Position numbers and translations under genes: made by a program. A DNA stretch of 62,286 nucleotides, the filler included, from Basidiobolus ranarum (lineage: Eukaryota): the NCBI GenBank assembly GCA_040143965.1. It is 31 parts of 31 records of this genome, joined end to end, with 100 filler letters (N's around TTAATTAATTAA, not from the genome) between each part and the next. Parts side by side here need not be neighbours in the genome. Positions count along the whole stretch, not along the records: positions 60,383 to 62,286 come from JASJQH010010991.1; 30 more parts are not named here. One strand, 5' to 3'. Below, in pieces: positions 60,383 to 62,286 of this stretch; the first letter of the stretch is position 1, and every line of letters starts with the position of its first letter. Below the pieces are notes generated by a model. It was not told the origin of the DNA. It worked only from the letters and a program-made list of their open reading frames with translations, and ran no database searches.

Positions 60383-62286
60383 GTAAGGCTGGATGCACTA
60401 TCACAGATCAGAATGATACCAAATTAGCTACTGGGTTCAAAACTTAAGAACTTATATAAGCTAGAAATCAACAAATTGCATTCTGAGCATGCAAACTAGG
60501 CCAAAGCTGGTTAAATAAGCAGTCAAACATGGCATAGAAGATTAGGCCACATTGGGGAACAAGAACTGACCCATATAATCAAAAATCAGCTTATTTCGGA
60601 CTTTGAAATTGGAAATATCACTTAATTTGAACTGTAAGAAGGTTGCATATGTGGAAAACATCACAGACAGCTACATTTAAGCTCTGGAGAGATTGAATCC
60701 ACTCCGAACTTTGCCCTGACTCTTTCTGATCTATGCAGGCCCATGAAAAACGTCTCACTAGGTGGAAAAAGGTATTCAAGACCTTTTTTAATGACAAAAC
60801 AAGCTATACTTGAGTCTTCTTTCTCAAATCAAAGTCTGAAGCCTTAGCAACATTCAAGCACTGCAAAGCAATGCTAGAGAAAAAAACAGCACAAAAAATA
60901 AGGGTACTAAGGAATGATAATGGTTGAGAGTACTGCTCTAAAGACTATGCTAGTTTTTGCTCTAAACATGGAATTAAGCAGCAAACTACTTTACCTTATA
61001 CTCCGCAGCAAAATGGAGTTGCTGAATGTGCCAATAGCACCATAGTGGAGATGGTAAGATCAATATTTCATGATCAAAAGTTAGATTACTAATATTGGGT
61101 TGAATCATTCTCCACTGCAGTCTATATCAAAAACCAATGCCCAACAAGAATGCTTCAAAATTTAACTTCATTTGAAGCCCTATATGCATCAAAACCAAGT
61201 GTGGATTGTCTCACAATCTTTGGTTGCACAGCATATTGCCAAATTCCAGCCCAAAGAGGCTCTAATATGGAACTCAAAAGCCTAAAATGCATATTTCTTG
61301 GTTACTGTGATGGATCTAAGTCCTGAAGACTGTTTGATACCCAAAATTAGAAGTTAATTAAGTGCAGAGATGTGATTTTTGATAAAAAAGCAAATTTTCC
61401 ATCCAAATCACAGTTCTGGATCCAGAATATACAATCAGCACCATTCATGGAGTGTCTGACAAAATTCAAGCTGTATGTGAGCCCTATTCAACAGAAATTT
61501 AGTCCCAATTACATCAGAAAATAATTCAGGACCAAGAAGATCATTCAATGAGGAAACAAGCTGGGAAACTGGTGGAACACTTCCAATAATGATGAATACA
61601 CTTAGGCAGTGCTCTGTGACAAGCCACAGACTCTAGATCAAGCTCTGAAGTGTCAGTATCAAAACTATGGGAAAAGCAATGTCAGAAGAGTTTTCTTCAC
61701 TTCAGGACAGTAAAACGTGGATTTTAAGACCCTTCCTCCAGGGAGAAAGCCAATAGTTTGCAAATGGGTCTACAAAGTCAAAAACTGAGCTGCTGGAACT
61801 ATAGAAAGGTACAGAGCAGGATTAGTTGCAAATGGCTATTCCCACTCCAGGAATTCATTTCAATGAAATCTTTGCTCCAGTAGCTGAGTTTGGCTCCATT
61901 AGATCATTCCTGGCACTCTCAGCCATCCATAACTTTGATCTACATCAAATGGATGTATAAAAAGCCTTTCTAAATGGAAATGTAGAAGAGATCAACATGG
62001 AGCAACCCAAAGGATTTGTTGACCCAAAACATCCTGATATGCTCTGAGAACTGCAAAAATTGCTATATGGACTCAAGCAAGCACCCAGAGCATGGTACAA
62101 CAATATAGATACCTATTTGGAATCACTAGAATTCCAAAAATTCCCAGCAGATCACAGTATTTACAACAAAACAACCGGAGTAGGATGCTTATCTTGGCAC
62201 TATATGTGGCTGACTTAAGCATAGCCACAAACAATCTAGAAGCACTTAATCAGACAAAAAGCACCTTATCAAATCAGCATCAGATG
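60383..62286 (+). mobile_element. Degenerate Ty1/copia integrase and reverse transcriptase
   Basis: [71 protein letters not shown]. Integrase precedes RT (copia order). Confidence 0.95.

Noticed and set aside
1..62286. Prokaryotic defence systems, operons or prophage
   Set aside because: Every recognisable gene is eukaryotic with spliceosomal introns, or is transposon-derived.

Overview
This window is not one continuous locus. It is 31 unrelated small contigs, 1,920 down to about 1,904 bp and sorted by length, joined by 100-nt N-spacers carrying TTAATTAATTAA (stops in all six frames). Adjacency across spacers therefore means nothing. The DNA is eukaryotic and fungal, with short GT-AG introns. 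It fits an early-diverging lineage (Zoopagomycota/Mucoromycota-like, e.g. Basidiobolus), but the taxon is an inference. About 20 contigs are strongly CpG-depleted mosaics of decayed transposons: Ty1/copia with a Ty5-type half-tRNAiMet primer site, two Ty3/gypsy lineages including a chromovirus, and one abundant CACTA/EnSpm-type family. That family has CCCTAACA/CACTAACA ends, a Tnp2-type transposase and a second ORF of unknown function. The remaining contigs keep their CpGs and carry partial host genes: Rab11/Ypt31, HMG-CoA synthase, a Nup214-like FG nucleoporin, two tandem UNC-93-like MFS genes, PWP2, DGAT1, a GATA factor, a YeeE/YedE protein and several small secreted proteins, including Gly-rich and Gly/Lys/His-repeat proteins missed by the ORF track. 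Also present are an intron-bearing A-T-TE NRPS-like pseudogene, a nad5 NUMT fused to a retrotransposon and a short interstitial TTAGGG tract. The best candidates for something new are the two-gene CACTA family, the TE-restricted CpG mutation signature and the secreted Gly/His-repeat cluster. I see no CRISPR array, rRNA or tRNA gene.
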